From assembly GCF_001194135.2 (NCBI RefSeq), contig NC_068989.1, positions 69,724,014 to 69,788,013 of the forward strand: a stretch of DNA of 64,000 nt, given 5' to 3'. Positions 50,743 through 63,734 of this stretch are shown in pieces (positions within the stretch are counted from its first letter, which is position 1; every line of letters begins with the position of its first letter). The stretch comes from Octopus bimaculoides. Taxonomy: Eukaryota. Below the pieces are notes generated by a model. That model saw only the letters and a program-made list of their open reading frames with translations. It made no database searches and was not told where the DNA came from. The translations under genes were made by a program, and so were the position numbers.

Positions 50743-52360
50743 AGTATATCAGCATGATACTCTTTTGATATTCTCCTGTTAACCAAGCTTGGTCAAATTT
50801 CTGTGTCACATACTTTGAATTACAACTAGAATTATGTTGATATGATTAATAAAAAATTCATTGGACTGATTAGAGACAAACACCTGTTCATTGCTTGACT
50901 GAAGAAGGAATTAAAAAAAAAGATATTTTATAAATTTTATTTGCAATGAAGAGTTATTTTATTGAAGAAATTTATTACACAATTTAAAAACAAGATAAAA
51001 TTAAACAAGGATCTCAACTTTAGAAAGCTTGCAATTCATTGAAATTTTAAGGCTTGAAATACATTTGACTCTTTTGACATTGGTCTGCTTGTAAACATGA
51101 TCCACTAACTACTGCCACTTAAACTCATTGTGAAAACTGAAGTTTCCAGAATCACTGTACTCATATGAAATCAAATCTAATGTTCAATTTTATTTCACCA
51201 TTTTTTTTTCTTTGCCTTTTTTTTTTACCTAGAATTTGTAAAAGAAAAACATTCACTCAATTGTAATGTATGTTATTTCCATCTGCATTTAGCCAATCAA
51301 ATTCACATAAATTTGATGTTGCATGGTTCCATGTTTTGAAAAGTGATGCAATTAACTGAATCATGCAATTATCTATAATGCAATTAAGCACAGTTGGCTG
51401 TATGTTCTTCTATTCTTTTCAGTCATTTAATTGGGACCATTCTGGAGCAGTAGTTTCTCAGTTTTTAGACGGTTATATTGATCCTAGTCATTCGTGTGAT
51501 GCTTTTTTCCCTCCAATCTCTGTTTATTAAACAGCTAAGTACACCTTGGTTTAAAGGGAAGTAAATGACATGGAATAAATACCACTAGGTACTTTTGTTC
51601 AATGTACCAATTTATCAGCAATTCCTTGCCAATATGCACATAATGGGTTTTTGCCTGTTTTCTGTCAACCACAAATTTCACTTGTCTGGGTCATAATTTG
51701 GAAGACAATTACTTAAGATGAGATAGAACTGGGAACCACAAAATTGTGAATGAACTTCTTAACCACCTTCTTGCATCTGCATGTGTGTGTGTGTGTGTGT
51801 GTGAGAGAGAGTATAAACACACACCCATATATATATAGTTTATAGTTCCTTTATAGGTAAGATCAACAAAAATAATACTGTTCTGTTAGAGATAAATATA
51901 ATTTAATTTACACAATTTACAATAAATTTGCTAATTCATTGTATCTTTAAAGCATGAAAATATTAGTAACTGTTTTGTAAACTGTGTATATTAAATGATA
52001 TATGGTGAACATCATTTAATGTCCTTATTTGCCTGCTGGCATGGGCTGGACTGTTTGACGAGAAGTCAAGTGAGAGGGCTCTGCCAGATTCTATGTCTGC
52101 TTTGCCATGGTTTCTACAGCTAAAGTAGACATATCATCATAAACATCAACACCATCATGAACATCAACATCATCATCAATTTCATATCAATTTCATTCTG
52201 CTGACCTGGTTTGCACAGATCAAATACACATTTCAATCCTGCATCTCTGACCTCTTCCTTTCCAACTGGCATTTTAAATCCCAGCATTCATTATCTTTTC
52301 ACTCCATGTAAAATTTGAGTTTGACTCTGCTCTAATGAGTGCATCAATTTATTCCGTTAA

Positions 52361-52573
52361 TCCTTTTGTTCGCTTGTTTCTAAACAAATACACTACCTTT
52401 GTTCCTATCAATTTTGAAAATATTAAAGAATTTATTAAAATGATTTTGTCATTACTGAGTGAGTGTTTGGAACATAGATTAACAGGAAATTCTGATGGAA
52501 GTTTAGATCACTCTAAATATGAAGTTTGTATTTTAGAACCAAAGTGGTCTTCGGTATCTAAGTATATAAATGG
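52361..52573. mobile_element. MITE F
   Basis: TTAA at 52357-52360; F interior. Explains ORF 52335-52667. Confidence 0.8.
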
Positions 52574-52834
52574 TTATGACTCGAGCAAGGGCCACAGGGC
52601 AGTGCCACTGCACTACACACTCAGATATTGCAGGCGGCAGCCAGAGAAAGGCCTCTCAGGTAACTAGCATTCAATTACTAATGGAAACATATTGGCCTCT
52701 GGCCCATGGACATGTCTCCTCATTCTTCTGGAACTGGCTTTTGTGAAACTCTGTTTAAATTTTGAAATATTATTCTCAAGTAAAGTTTACATATCTATTC
52801 TCTCAAATAGATATTCAAACTGGTGGATTGGCAG

Positions 52835-53050
52835 GATTGGTAAACTGGCAGACCAAAAAAAAGTGCCTTCCTTTACATTCTGAGTTCAAATCTTGTTGAG
52901 GTCAGTTTGATTTTTATCCTTCTTGAGTTGTTGTAATAAATACCAGTCAAGTATTAGTAACAATATAATAACCTATTCTCCCACCACCACCACCACCACC
53001 ACAAAGAAAAATGTAAAAAACCAATTATATTTCTGGCCTTGTGCTACAAA
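52835..53050 (+). mobile_element. Old SINE A
   Basis: TTTACATTCTGAGTTCAAATC...TACCAGTCAAG...GGCCTTGTGC. Confidence 0.7.
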
Positions 53051-53692
53051 TCAGTATGATTACAGTCACCTTTTATGTCTTTGAAATAAGTATTTCCAAC
53101 TGTCATCTTCATTCCAAATTTTTATTAGCTTCATTTTTCTCAAGCAACTATAATTTAGTGAAACCTTATCATTTTTCCTTGTTGTTTAAGAGTTGGTGAC
53201 CTATTTAGTTATTTGTTGTTGCAAGGGAAAATTTTTCAGCTTACAAATTACCAAGAAAGTGTAATGAAAGAGACAAAAACAAAAACAAAAAAGGAAGAAG
53301 AGGCTTTGTTCGTAAAGACAACCTGTTAGAAATGCTGCCAGTATCTATTACAGGAGTTGGGAACTAGTTAGTTTATTTTATAGGGCTGACTTGTCAGTTT
53401 TGCATTGAAGTTTTACTCTGAAGCTTCACAAATCAGAAGAATGGCTTCCAACCTTGACTGGGATTTAATGTTTATGGCTGTAGGATTTACTCAGTTTACT
53501 AAAAAGGTAAAAGTGTGTATTAAACTATTATATTCCATCTCTTCGTTAATAATTTTAAGATCTTCTAATACTTAAGGATTTCTTTGATATTTACACAATT
53601 ACTTTGATGTCTGTCTGATCTTTCATTAGAATCATATGGTTACTATTTTCCCACAATTGGCTATTTTACCAAATTTCTTCATGGGCTTAGAA

Positions 53693-53765
53693 CAATGGTT
53701 CTCAACCATTTTTTAAAAATTTATGTCCCCCTTCATTCCTATTTTATTCAGGGCCATTATACCCT
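53693..53765 (+). mobile_element. hAT MITE end
   Basis: CAATGGTTCTCAACC terminus, flank gctTAgaa; runs into microsatellite and gap. Confidence 0.65.
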
Positions 53766-53772
53766 GTATGTA

Positions 53773-53815
<43 letters not shown>

Positions 53816-53937
53816 NNNNNNNNNNNNNNNNNNNNNNNNNNNNNNNNNNNNNNNNNNNNNNNNNNNNNNNNNNNNNNNNNNNNNNNNNNNNNNNNNNNNN
53901 NNNNNNNNNNNNNNNNNNNNNNNNNNNNNNNNNNNNN

Positions 53938-54400
53938 ACTTATTCTTTGTAAGCCTAGTACTTTTTCTATCAGGGTCTTTTGCTGAACTGCTAAGTTACA
54001 GGGACATAAACATGCCGTAATCAGTTGTCAAGCGATGGCAGGAGGATAAACATACACACACACACACACACACGCGCATATACATACAATGGGCTTCTTT
54101 CAGTTTCCATCGACCAAATCTACTCACAAGGCTATGGTAGAAAACACTTGCCTAAGGTGCGATGCAGAAGGACTGAACCTGAAACCATGTGGTTGGGAAG
54201 CAAGCTGCTTACCACATAGCCATGCCAGACATGTGTCTTTTTATATATATGTTTATTTTAGTTCCCATCAATCAAATTCAATTACAAGGTTTTTATAGGC
54301 TCAAGATGATAGCTGCCCAAGTTGCCAAGCTGTGGGACTGAACCCAAAACTGTATGGTTAAGAAGCAAAGTTCATCACCACACAGCCAAGCCTGTGCCTA
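53938..54400 (-). mobile_element. SINE B (53938-54235) plus a second B head (54265-54400)
   Basis: Two consecutive reverse-orientation heads (GGACTGAACC...ACCACA(T/C)AGCCA). Confidence 0.8.
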
Positions 54401-54966
54401 TACATATACTCACACACTATAGAAATTTCTTCTCTTTACGTAGTGACCTTTAGTGAGTGATAACAGTTAACAAAAATTTAAAAAATAAATTCATAAAGTT
54501 AAACACCATACATTTTACAAAAATACTCCATTTCTATGTTCTAAAACTCCTATTAATGTTAGAAATTGTTTTATGTCTTCCTATGATTGTTAAAGAAATT
54601 AAATTTTAGTATTTTTATTTCCGTGTAAATTGTTTTTCTCTTCTGTTGTTCAGATGTGAATTTTGTGAACAGAAGCAGTTTTAAATCATTTTAAGTCCTT
54701 GTTTGCATTATTTTATTTCATTAGTTTAACTCCAGTAATTAGATTGAGCCACTTTAAAGATTATTGGGTTTTCTTCATTAATCAGTGGAATAAAGAGCCT
54801 AAGATAAAAGTGATTTTTGTTTTTCACTAAATTCACATTGTTATCAACAATATTTAAGATTAATTTTCAGTTTTACATTTATTTAAAATGATTGATTTTT
54901 CAAACCTTAAAATGAAATATTTCTTGCTTAACAAAATAAATAGATAAGCAAGCAAATAAATAAATA

Positions 54967-55352
54967 GGTGTGGTTGTGTGGTAAGATGCTTGCTTCCCAA
55001 TCATGTGGCCTTGGGTTCAATCCTGTTACATGATACCTTGGGCAAGTATCTTCTACTATAGTCCCAGGCTGACCAGAACCTAGTGAGTGGGTTTGGTACA
55101 TGGAAACTGAAAGAAGTCTGTCAGGTATGTGTGTGTGTGTGTCTATGTCTTTGCGCTTGACCCCTGCCATTATTTGGCAACCAGTGTTGGATCATGGACA
55201 TCCCAACATGTAGTGGTTCAGCAAAAGAGACTGATAGAATAAGAACCATGCTTAAAGACTAAGTACATGGGTTGATTTGTTTGACTAGACCCTTTAAGGT
55301 GATGCCCAAACACAGCCACAGTCCAATGACTGAAACAAGTAAAAGATAAAAG
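54967..55352 (+). mobile_element. Full-length SINE B with tail 1, reference copy
   Basis: A-box TGGTTGTGTGG, B-box GGTTCAATCC, ACCTTGGGCAAGT (reminiscent of the CORE domain), internal (TG)n, tail GACTGAAACAAGTAAAAGATAAAAGA. Confidence 0.9.
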
Positions 55353-55608
55353 AAATAGATAAATTAATAAATTTTTCTTGACAAGGTATGGAATTCTAAA
55401 TAATAACATTCTATATTCTAAATAATAACATGTAAAAAGGAATTGTATGTGTGTTATTATACCATTGTATATGTTCTATAAGTTGGAATTTAATGGTTCG
55501 GGTTCTTTTAAGAAATACTTTTAAAAAGTAAATGAAGTTTCTTAAAACATTACATGATAATTCAGTTTTTTTAAAAATATTTTTTCTTCTCATGCTAACT
55601 TACTTTAA

Positions 55609-55828
55609 CCCTTTAACATTTAAACTGGCCTTATCCAGCCAAAATATTCTACCTGCTTTGTGTTCAAACTGGTCAAATCTGACAGCTCATGCTTAGCCTA
55701 CAATATCATTCTAAAAATACACTACCACATCGTCAGAATCTCGAAGCTACTATATAATTCATGATTAATTCAAAACAATGTGAATAAATAAGCATTACAT
55801 TTAACAGGATAATCCAAATGCTAAAGGG
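55609..55828. mobile_element. MITE E (220 bp)
   Basis: TTAA at 55605-55608 and 55829-55832; CCCTTTAACATT / AATGCTAAAGGG termini. Confidence 0.92.
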
Positions 55829-55939
55829 TTAAGCAATTTTTTATTATTTTAAGATTCAAAACAAATTTTTTGTAGAAGACAAGTAATATAAATTTTTAGT
55901 TAAGTCCTTCCAGTAAACTAAGAATGGAAATGTATTTAG

Positions 55940-56160
55940 TTCTTTTGATAAGAATCTGCATAAGACTGCTCTTGGTTATATCATATAAACTTCCTGCTTT
56001 AAAGTAATTGAAATAAAGATCTTCCATCAAAAATTTTATGTTAATTCATATTCTATACACTAGCTTAATAATGACAAAGTTATTTTATTAAATTCTTCAT
56101 TATTTTCAAAATAAATTGTAATAAACATCATGTATTTCAACAGAAATATGGTAATGAAAC
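55940..56160. mobile_element. MITE F
   Basis: Interior match; termini degenerate. Confidence 0.78.
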
Positions 56161-56205
56161 TGTTATTATCACCAATAACTGAAACTGCAAATAGATCATG
56201 GAATA

Positions 56206-56262
56206 AACTACTCATATTTTATTCAAGATATTAACTACTCATATTTTATTCAAGATATTAAC
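56206..56262. repeat. Exact 27-bp tandem duplication
   Basis: AACTACTCATATTTTATTCAAGATATT twice. Confidence 0.9.
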
Positions 56263-56438
56263 CTAGGTTGCTTTGTCTTTTAACAAGTACTATCAGAAAG
56301 TAAAACTAACGTCTTACTTTTGGAATCTTGTATAAAATTTGAAGAAGACTATTGGTTCAGTGTACAAATGTTGTCTTGGTTTCTTCGGGGTGTTTGGTTT
56401 GATCTGAATTTATAATTCTTATGCTGTTTTGGTTACAG

Positions 56439-56615
56439 CAATTAAAACTACAGTTGCAGAAATGTTCTACCAATGTGAATGGAGATTGTTAGAATTTATT
56501 GACCATGTCAAGATCTTATACTCTTTGTATTTTGTACTTACTTCTCTATTGGAAAGAAGTCTTCTGTCCATTTGGAAAAAATCTTATTTTACTTACAACT
56601 TAGCCAGACATAAAG
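56439..56615 (+). CDS. Candidate 177-nt symmetric exon, unknown gene
   Basis: ttttggttacAG acceptor, 58 open codons, AAG/gtattt donor, phase 1 to 1. No homology recognised. Confidence 0.15.
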
Positions 56616-56782
56616 GTATTTGGGAGAAAGTTAAATGGTTCAATGTGTGCATATGTGTCTGTGTTATATTACATATGCATGCATACGTGTGTCTGTGCGC
56701 GCGCAATAGTTTTGTATAAACTATAGTTTTATTTGCATTGATTTATAGCTATGTGTGTCATTTCTTAAGAAAGTAGATAGTT

Positions 56783-57190
56783 TTCAGCAGAATCATTAAA
56801 AAGTTGGGAGGAAAAGGAAAAAAGTAATTTTACATCATTTGTTTAATCTCTCTTTACATTCTAAGTTCAAAGCTCTCTAAAGTCAACTCTGTTTTTCAAC
56901 CCCTCAGAATTGATAATAAAGCACCAGTCAAGTCCCAGGGTCAATATCAATTAACTTCTTCCTCTCATAACTACAGTCCTTGTGCCCAAAACTTGAACTG
57001 TTGTTGTTATTATTTTCACCAAGGTTAGCTTTAACACTCATCTCTTTTGGGGTTGATGAAATAAGTACCAGTCAAGCATGGGGTCAGTGTAATCAACTAT
57101 TTCCCTCCCCACAAATTTTAGGCCTTTTGTCTATAGTAGAAAGAAGTATCATCATCATCATCATCATTATTATTATTATTATTATTAGTA

Positions 57191-57227
<37 letters not shown>

Positions 57228-58023
57228 GGCAGCGAGCTGGCAGAATTGTTAGCATGCTGGATGAAATGCTTAGCGGTATTTCACCTGTAGCTATGTTCTG
57301 AGTTCGAATTCCATCGAGGTTGACTTTGCTTTTCATCCTTGCAAGATTGATGAATTAAGTACCATTTACGTATTGGGGTCGATATAATCAACTAGTCCCC
57401 TTGTCTAAAGTTTCAGGCCTTGTGCCTATAGTAGAAATTATTATTATTATTATTAAGGTGGTGAGCTTGGCAGAATTGTTATCACACTGGGCTAAATGCT
57501 AAACAGCATTTCATCTGTCTTTACATTCTGAGTTCAAATTCCACTGAGGTTAACTTTGCTTTCATCCTTTTGGGGTCGATAAATTAAGTATCAGTAAAAC
57601 AATGGGGTTAATGTAATCAACTAGTCCCCTCCCACAAAATTTTAGGCCGTGTGCCTTTAGCAGAAATTCTAATATTTTCTTGCAAATAATATTCATATAT
57701 AAATGAGCAAGAAAAAATGTGTTTTATCTTCATTATGATTTCAGTAAATTAAAAATAAATTTCTTCCCCAAAATTGTTTCAACTTTTGTGAATAATAATA
57801 GTAATAATACTTTCGACTATAAGCACAAGGCCTGAAATTTTGGAGGAGGGGACTAGTTGATTACATTGACCCAGTGTTTGACTGGTACTTATTTTATCAA
57901 CCCCAAAAGGATGAAAAGCAAAATTGACCTCAGCAGAATTTGAACTCAGAATTTTAAGATAGATGAAATGCCTCTAAACATTTTGCCTGGTGGGCTAACA
58001 ATTCTGCCAGCTTGCCACCTTAA
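56783..58023. mobile_element. Array of five SINE A copies (four forward, one reverse)
   Basis: Copies ~56783-57014, 57015-57225, 57226-57454, 57455-57670 (+) and 57791-58023 (-); forward copies joined through (ATT/ATC)n tails. Confidence 0.9.
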
Positions 58024-60999
58024 TGATGATGATGATAAATTTTCTTCATGCTCTGTCTCCTGTATCCTTTTAATGTTGCTTGTCAATGTATTACAAATCA
58101 GAAATAGTTATTGAATGGAGGTATTTGTGAGAGCAGTTGCTCTTTTGCACTGCTACTTTGCAGTAAGATGCTTGCTTTGTGAATTTTATAGCTTTAGAAT
58201 TAAGTTTTCTTGTTTTTTTTCTTTTTAATTTTACCTTTTGAATTTTAATAAGTCCTCCAGAAATTTCTAGAATGACGGTTAATTAAAATTTTTTTTTTTT
58301 TTTTTTTTTTGTCTGTTTTCATGAATCATTTCTGAAAGATGAAAATACAACAGATTCAAAGAATTAGTTTGCTGTGAAATTTAAAAAAAAAAAAAATTAT
58401 AGAAACTATTCTTTTCATTTAGACATCACATGGGACATAATATCAAAATAACATATTTTTGAAATATTATAACGTGAGAGTTAACTAAATATAACATTTC
58501 TTGTGATATCATTTATCTCACATCAGAAATAAATAGAGCTGTTCCCCTTGAGCATTTTGTGCTAATATTTTTTTCCATGTCTGTTACTTAAACTTTTTTT
58601 TTTGTTAATCACACATCCTTCATTACAGACGTTACCGCATCTATCTTAACATTTCCAGTTAAAGTCTGTTTCAAAGCTCATTATTTTAAAAATCAATATA
58701 ACATTAATCATTGATTTGTTATTGAACCAAAAGAAAGTATACAGTTATTATGAAGGTGAAAATAGTTCCTGTATTATTTATTTATTTCTTGTTTATTATT
58801 TAGTCATTCATTCACTCATTACTCTAAAATATCTGATTGTAAATAAACCTGAACGTTTTAATTAAGATTACAACATATTCTCTATAAATGAAGTGCACAA
58901 TATCAGAGTTACTTTAGTGCATAACAAACTGGAAAATTATTCTGTCAAAGTTAAAGATTTCTCATTAGATAAAAGAATTTCCTGCTTGTGAAAAATCCTT
59001 TTTACTTTTGCCCGCTGTTTCAATTCTCTTCTGTAAAAACAGTATTCTGCATAAATTAAGAGTTTTTCAAGAACAATAAATATTTCAGAACTGTTCTGTC
59101 ATTTTATTCAGTTCTCTTCATTTTATATATTGAGAAGTCATGCATGGAGGATCTCATGGAAACTTCACTGTTTTACATGTATTGAAAAATAATATCCTTA
59201 GCTTTTGTAACTGTAACTATTTAGATAAGTTCCTTCACAATTGTTTTGAACCAGTGCAGAAATAGAAATATTTCAATTACTTCCTGCATATCACTATTAA
59301 AAATTTAGCTTTCTTTCTTTCTTCTAAAGTATTGTCAATACTTTGAACAGAAACTATAAAACTGGTTTGTGTTACGTTTCAGCATTGTGTGTTTGGAGAT
59401 ATTTCAGATTTTATTGAAAAGGTACAAGTGTGTGTGTATGGAGCAGGGAGGAGGGGGAGTAGTAGCAGGGGTCCAACTAAAAATATAAGAAAATAAACAG
59501 AAAACCATAAAGATCTTTATTTGGCTTATCTTTTAGCATGCAGATGTTATTGCATTAATTAATGTATTGCAGAAATTAATTGGCTGCAATTGTAGCATGC
59601 TGCACAAAAGCTCTTCTGTTTATCCAATGATAACCAAGTAATGCCTGGTTAAGAAATTCATTCAATAACATATACCATTATTGCATCTGCAAAAGTATAC
59701 ACAAACATTCTTTTCAAGAAATTTTAGTAATTTCACTGATGTATTTTAATGTATTTAATCTTTTATGTTTGTTATTTTCATTGTTCGAAAAAAGTTCGTT
59801 TTCTGTTTTTGTTTCTCATTGTGTTTAACGTTTTTTTGATGTCCTGTACCCATATATGCATGTATGTATACATATAGATGTAGGTATGTACATATATGTA
59901 TGGATATATGCATATATTTATATATTATTTATATTATATATATATATATATATATATNNNNNNNNNNNNNNNNNNNNNNNNNNNNNNNNNNNNNNNNNNN
60001 NNNNNNNNNNNNNNNNNNNNNNNNNNNNNNNNNNNNNNNNNNNNNNNNNNNNNNNNNNNNNNNNNNNNNNNNNNNNNNNNNNNNNNNNNNNNNNNNNNNN
60101 NNNNNNNNNNNNNNNNNNNNNNNNNNNNNNNNNNNNNNNNNNNNNNNNNNNNNNNNNNNNNNNNNNNNNNNNNNNNNNNNNNNNNNNNNNNNNNNNNNNN
60201 NNNNNNNNNNNNNNNNNNNNNNNNNNNNNNNNNNNNNNNNNNNNNNNNNNNNNNNNNNNNNNNNNNNNNNNNNNNNNNNNNNNNNNNNNNNNNNNNNNNN
60301 NNNNNNNNNNNNNNNATATTACATTTGTTATCGTGTTTATTATTTGTAACATAAATTTAATTTCACTTTTATCCAGTTATTCAGATATTATTCTTAATGT
60401 ATTGATTTCTGAAACAGTTACACCTTTGATCTGCAACTAGTGGTGGTCTTTCTACTCTGTCTGTCTGTCTACTATTTATAGATGGGGTTTTTACAGCTTT
60501 TTTAAAAAAATATTTTGCTGATGCGATAACTCTGATTATATAACTCTGCCACTAGTTCAAAACAATCTCTTTGTTGACAATTTTCAACATTTATTTCTAA
60601 ACTCTTGTATATATATTTTTTTCGTTTCTGTCTTGTGATTTCTGTTCAACAAAATGCTCCAGCTTTTAGTAGATTTATTTACTGGTTTTTATTATATCAG
60701 TTACTTCATTGTTGAAAAGTTTGATTTAATGAATGAGGTGCCAAAGTGGGTTGCTGAGTAAATAACATGTTGACTCCTTGGTTGATATGTGTAATTCTAA
60801 GTGTATTAGATTCTATGCTGAGCAAGGCAAATAAGCCGTTCTGTCTGTTTAATTGTATTTGGTGGTGCAGTGCTAAACTAAAAATTGTCATGTGGTTTAG
60901 TTGGGGTTTTATTTTTGGTGGCAGAGATAGCCAATATGTTTAACCAAGTTTTAATGTGATTTTTATTTTATGTCATCATCACAATCATTATTATTATAT

Positions 61000-61345
61000 C
61001 ACTTAAATGTTCATTTTTCCATGCTTGCACAGGTCAGGTGGAATTCATTGAGACAGATTTTCTATGGCCTGTCACCAGCCCACACCTGTTTTCAGGCAAA
61101 GTAATATTTGGTCATGGCTGGAAGATTGGAAATGAAGGATACCACTTGCATGTTACTGATGCTTGTTTACAATTATTGCACATCAAAAAATGGGCACACA
61201 CATATGATGGTCTTTTTTCAGACTCCATCTGCCAAATCCTTTCATAAGGCTTTGGCCAACTCAGGGCATAGGCCCAAAGTGCCCATGTAGTGGAACTGAA
61301 CTCAAAGCCATGTGGTTAGGAAGGAAGCAAATTGTTCAACCACAC
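61000..61345 (-). mobile_element. SINE B head + tail D
   Basis: Reverse complement of the 4601-5046 type. Confidence 0.82.
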
Positions 61346-61856
61346 CTGTGCCCACCCCCATTCTCTCTCTCTTTTTATCTTTCTGTCTACCTATTCATCC
61401 ATCTCTCTATCCATCTCTGTGTGTGATTGTTATTGTCTATAGTATATTATGTGTTGCTGTTACAAGCAACCATAAGCTAAAACTGTGTACATTGAATCCA
61501 AATTCAAATGAGAAATATATGGTTGGCCATTTACTGAAGTAGTTGCTAGCAAAAGAAATTTGAACTTCATTCTATTTTCCAAAGATCTGATTGACTATTG
61601 ATGTTCTAACAATGACACAAATGCTATTTGCGAAGGTTGTTTTCCTTTTTGTCCGCTGTCATTACTGGAAGTTGTTCTCAAGATAACACTGTTTGTGAAT
61701 GAGCTAAGCATTGAGTACCACCTTTCCCTCTAGATACTTCAACTTACCTGGATTGTCTGTGTATAAATACCAACTCAGCACTGCAGGTTGATGCAGTATA
61801 TCAATTATGCACATGTAAATTGTATCCACTCATATTATCAGTTTTCAGTAGAAATG

Positions 61857-62425
61857 GCTTTTGATACCATCTTGCCTGAGACCATCCCAAGTTCTGTGAT
61901 ACAAATTACCTGTTTTAAAGTGATCTAAATTGTTATCTTCCATCGGAATTCCATGTTAATTTATGTTCCAATGTCAAAGTTAATTTACTAAATTCTTCCT
62001 TATTTTCAAAATTAATTGAAGTAGAATCAGTGTATTTCAACAGAAATCATCATCATTATCACCATTTTAATATTTACTTTTCCATGCTTGCATAGGTCAG
62101 ATGGTATTTGTTGCTACTAACTTTTCAGTGGCCAGATGCCCCTCCTGTTGCTAACCCTCACCTGTTTCCAAACAACATACATATTTCTTCATAGCTATAC
62201 ATGGGTTTCACAGTAGACTGGAAATGACCAACACATGTTGTATGAAAGTGACATTCATTTACAACCATTAAATGATGTTGAACACGGGTGTGTGCACACA
62301 TACATATATATGATGTGCTTCTTTCAGTTTCCGTCCACCAAATCCACTCACAAAGCTTTGGTCAACCCGGGCCTATAGTAGAAGACACACAAAGTACCAC
62401 ACACTGGAGCTGAACCTAAAACTAC
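61857..62425. mobile_element. MITE F (61857-62048) cut by a reverse SINE B/D (62048-62425)
   Basis: F stops at TCAACAGAAAT, where the (CAT)n tail of the SINE starts. Confidence 0.82.
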
Positions 62426-63018
62426 ATGTTTGGTGTGGTGGTGGTGGGGCTTTTCCCAAATATACATAACTATATTAGCAATTGGATACCAAAACTTCTG
62501 ACATTACAGTTAGCAAGCCATTCCTTATTAATCACATTCCTGAGTGCCTTTGTGAAATTCAAGATATGTTTTCACTTATGCTTTCATTAGTCATAATTCC
62601 CAAAATATATTGGAGATGTTTATACTTTATCTCTTTTCCTTTAGCAACGCATAATTTTTGGAACAATTCTAAAGAGGAAGCTTGAAATCTGATGATTAAG
62701 AGGATATAGTTTTGGTCTCTGTTTCTCACTATATATACCATTAGAAATTACATTTTTGTTTTGCTTTATATTTTTATATTTTAGTTTATGACAATTTTTT
62801 TTTTTTAAACAAGATCATTTCTTAATCTGGGATTATATATTATGGCATCAGTCTATTAGCATTCATATGGGTGTGCTATCATTCATATAAAAAGACTATA
62901 TCTGTTTATAAATGACATTGAGCTCATATTGCTGACAGGAAAAAGTAGAAAAGTTTTAATAATTTTTCATGATTATGATTCTATTCACTTTAAGATCCAA
63001 AAATGATAAAAGTATTTA

Positions 63019-63249
63019 TATCTTTATTGCCCACAGAGGGCTAAACATAGAGGGGACAAGCAAGAACAGACAAAGGGTTCAAGTTGATTACATCGACCCC
63101 ATTGCATAACTGGTATTTATTTAATCGACCCCGAAAGGATGAAAGGTAATGTCGACCTCGGTGGAGTTTGAACTCAGAACGTAACGGCAGACAAAATACC
63201 ACTAAACATTTCACCCAGTGTACTAATGATTCTGCCAGCTCACCACCTT
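63019..63249 (-). mobile_element. SINE A with a third tail variant and target-site duplication
   Basis: A head and body, distinct tail (CCCCTCTATGTTTAGCCCTCTGTGGGCAATAAAGA on -); flanks AATGATAAAA(G/A)TATTTA near 63002 and 63250. Confidence 0.88.
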
Positions 63250-63734
63250 AATGATAAAAATATTTAAACAAAACTTAGTTTATTTTAGCATTAACAGTAA
63301 CCTGCTGCAACATAGAACTATTTATTACCTTTATTTTTGCACTTTTTATCATCAATTCTTGCAACTATTTTTGATCTGTTTATCCACTGTTACATCTCTG
63401 AGAATGTGTTTACCAATCATTTAATTTTTTTAATAATCATAACAGTAAAATTCAACTCTGTGTTAATCATTGTGCTTTTATGTTTTTGATAATGTGTTTT
63501 ATCCTGAATATTTGTGTTCCTAGTTTTGTTTTCTTGGAATAAACTTTCTGTTTGGTAAAATTCTGAAAACTATTTTTCGTAACAAATATATACTTCTATC
63601 TGATGTTTTCTTCATAATTTTCTCCCTCCATTCACTCATATATCTATATATATCTCACAAGGTTTTGTTTAGTATATTTACTTATTTTAAGGAATCTTCT
63701 GATTCAAGTTCTAACAAGCAAGTATAACATGGTT

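Noticed and set aside
22321-61760. Micro-exon-like signals (minus 17 nt near 22321-22337, plus 17 nt near 24373-24389, plus 15 nt near 28498-28512, minus 9 nt near 61749-61757)
   Set aside because: Occur on both strands, two overlap repeats, and such signals are expected by chance in AT-rich DNA.
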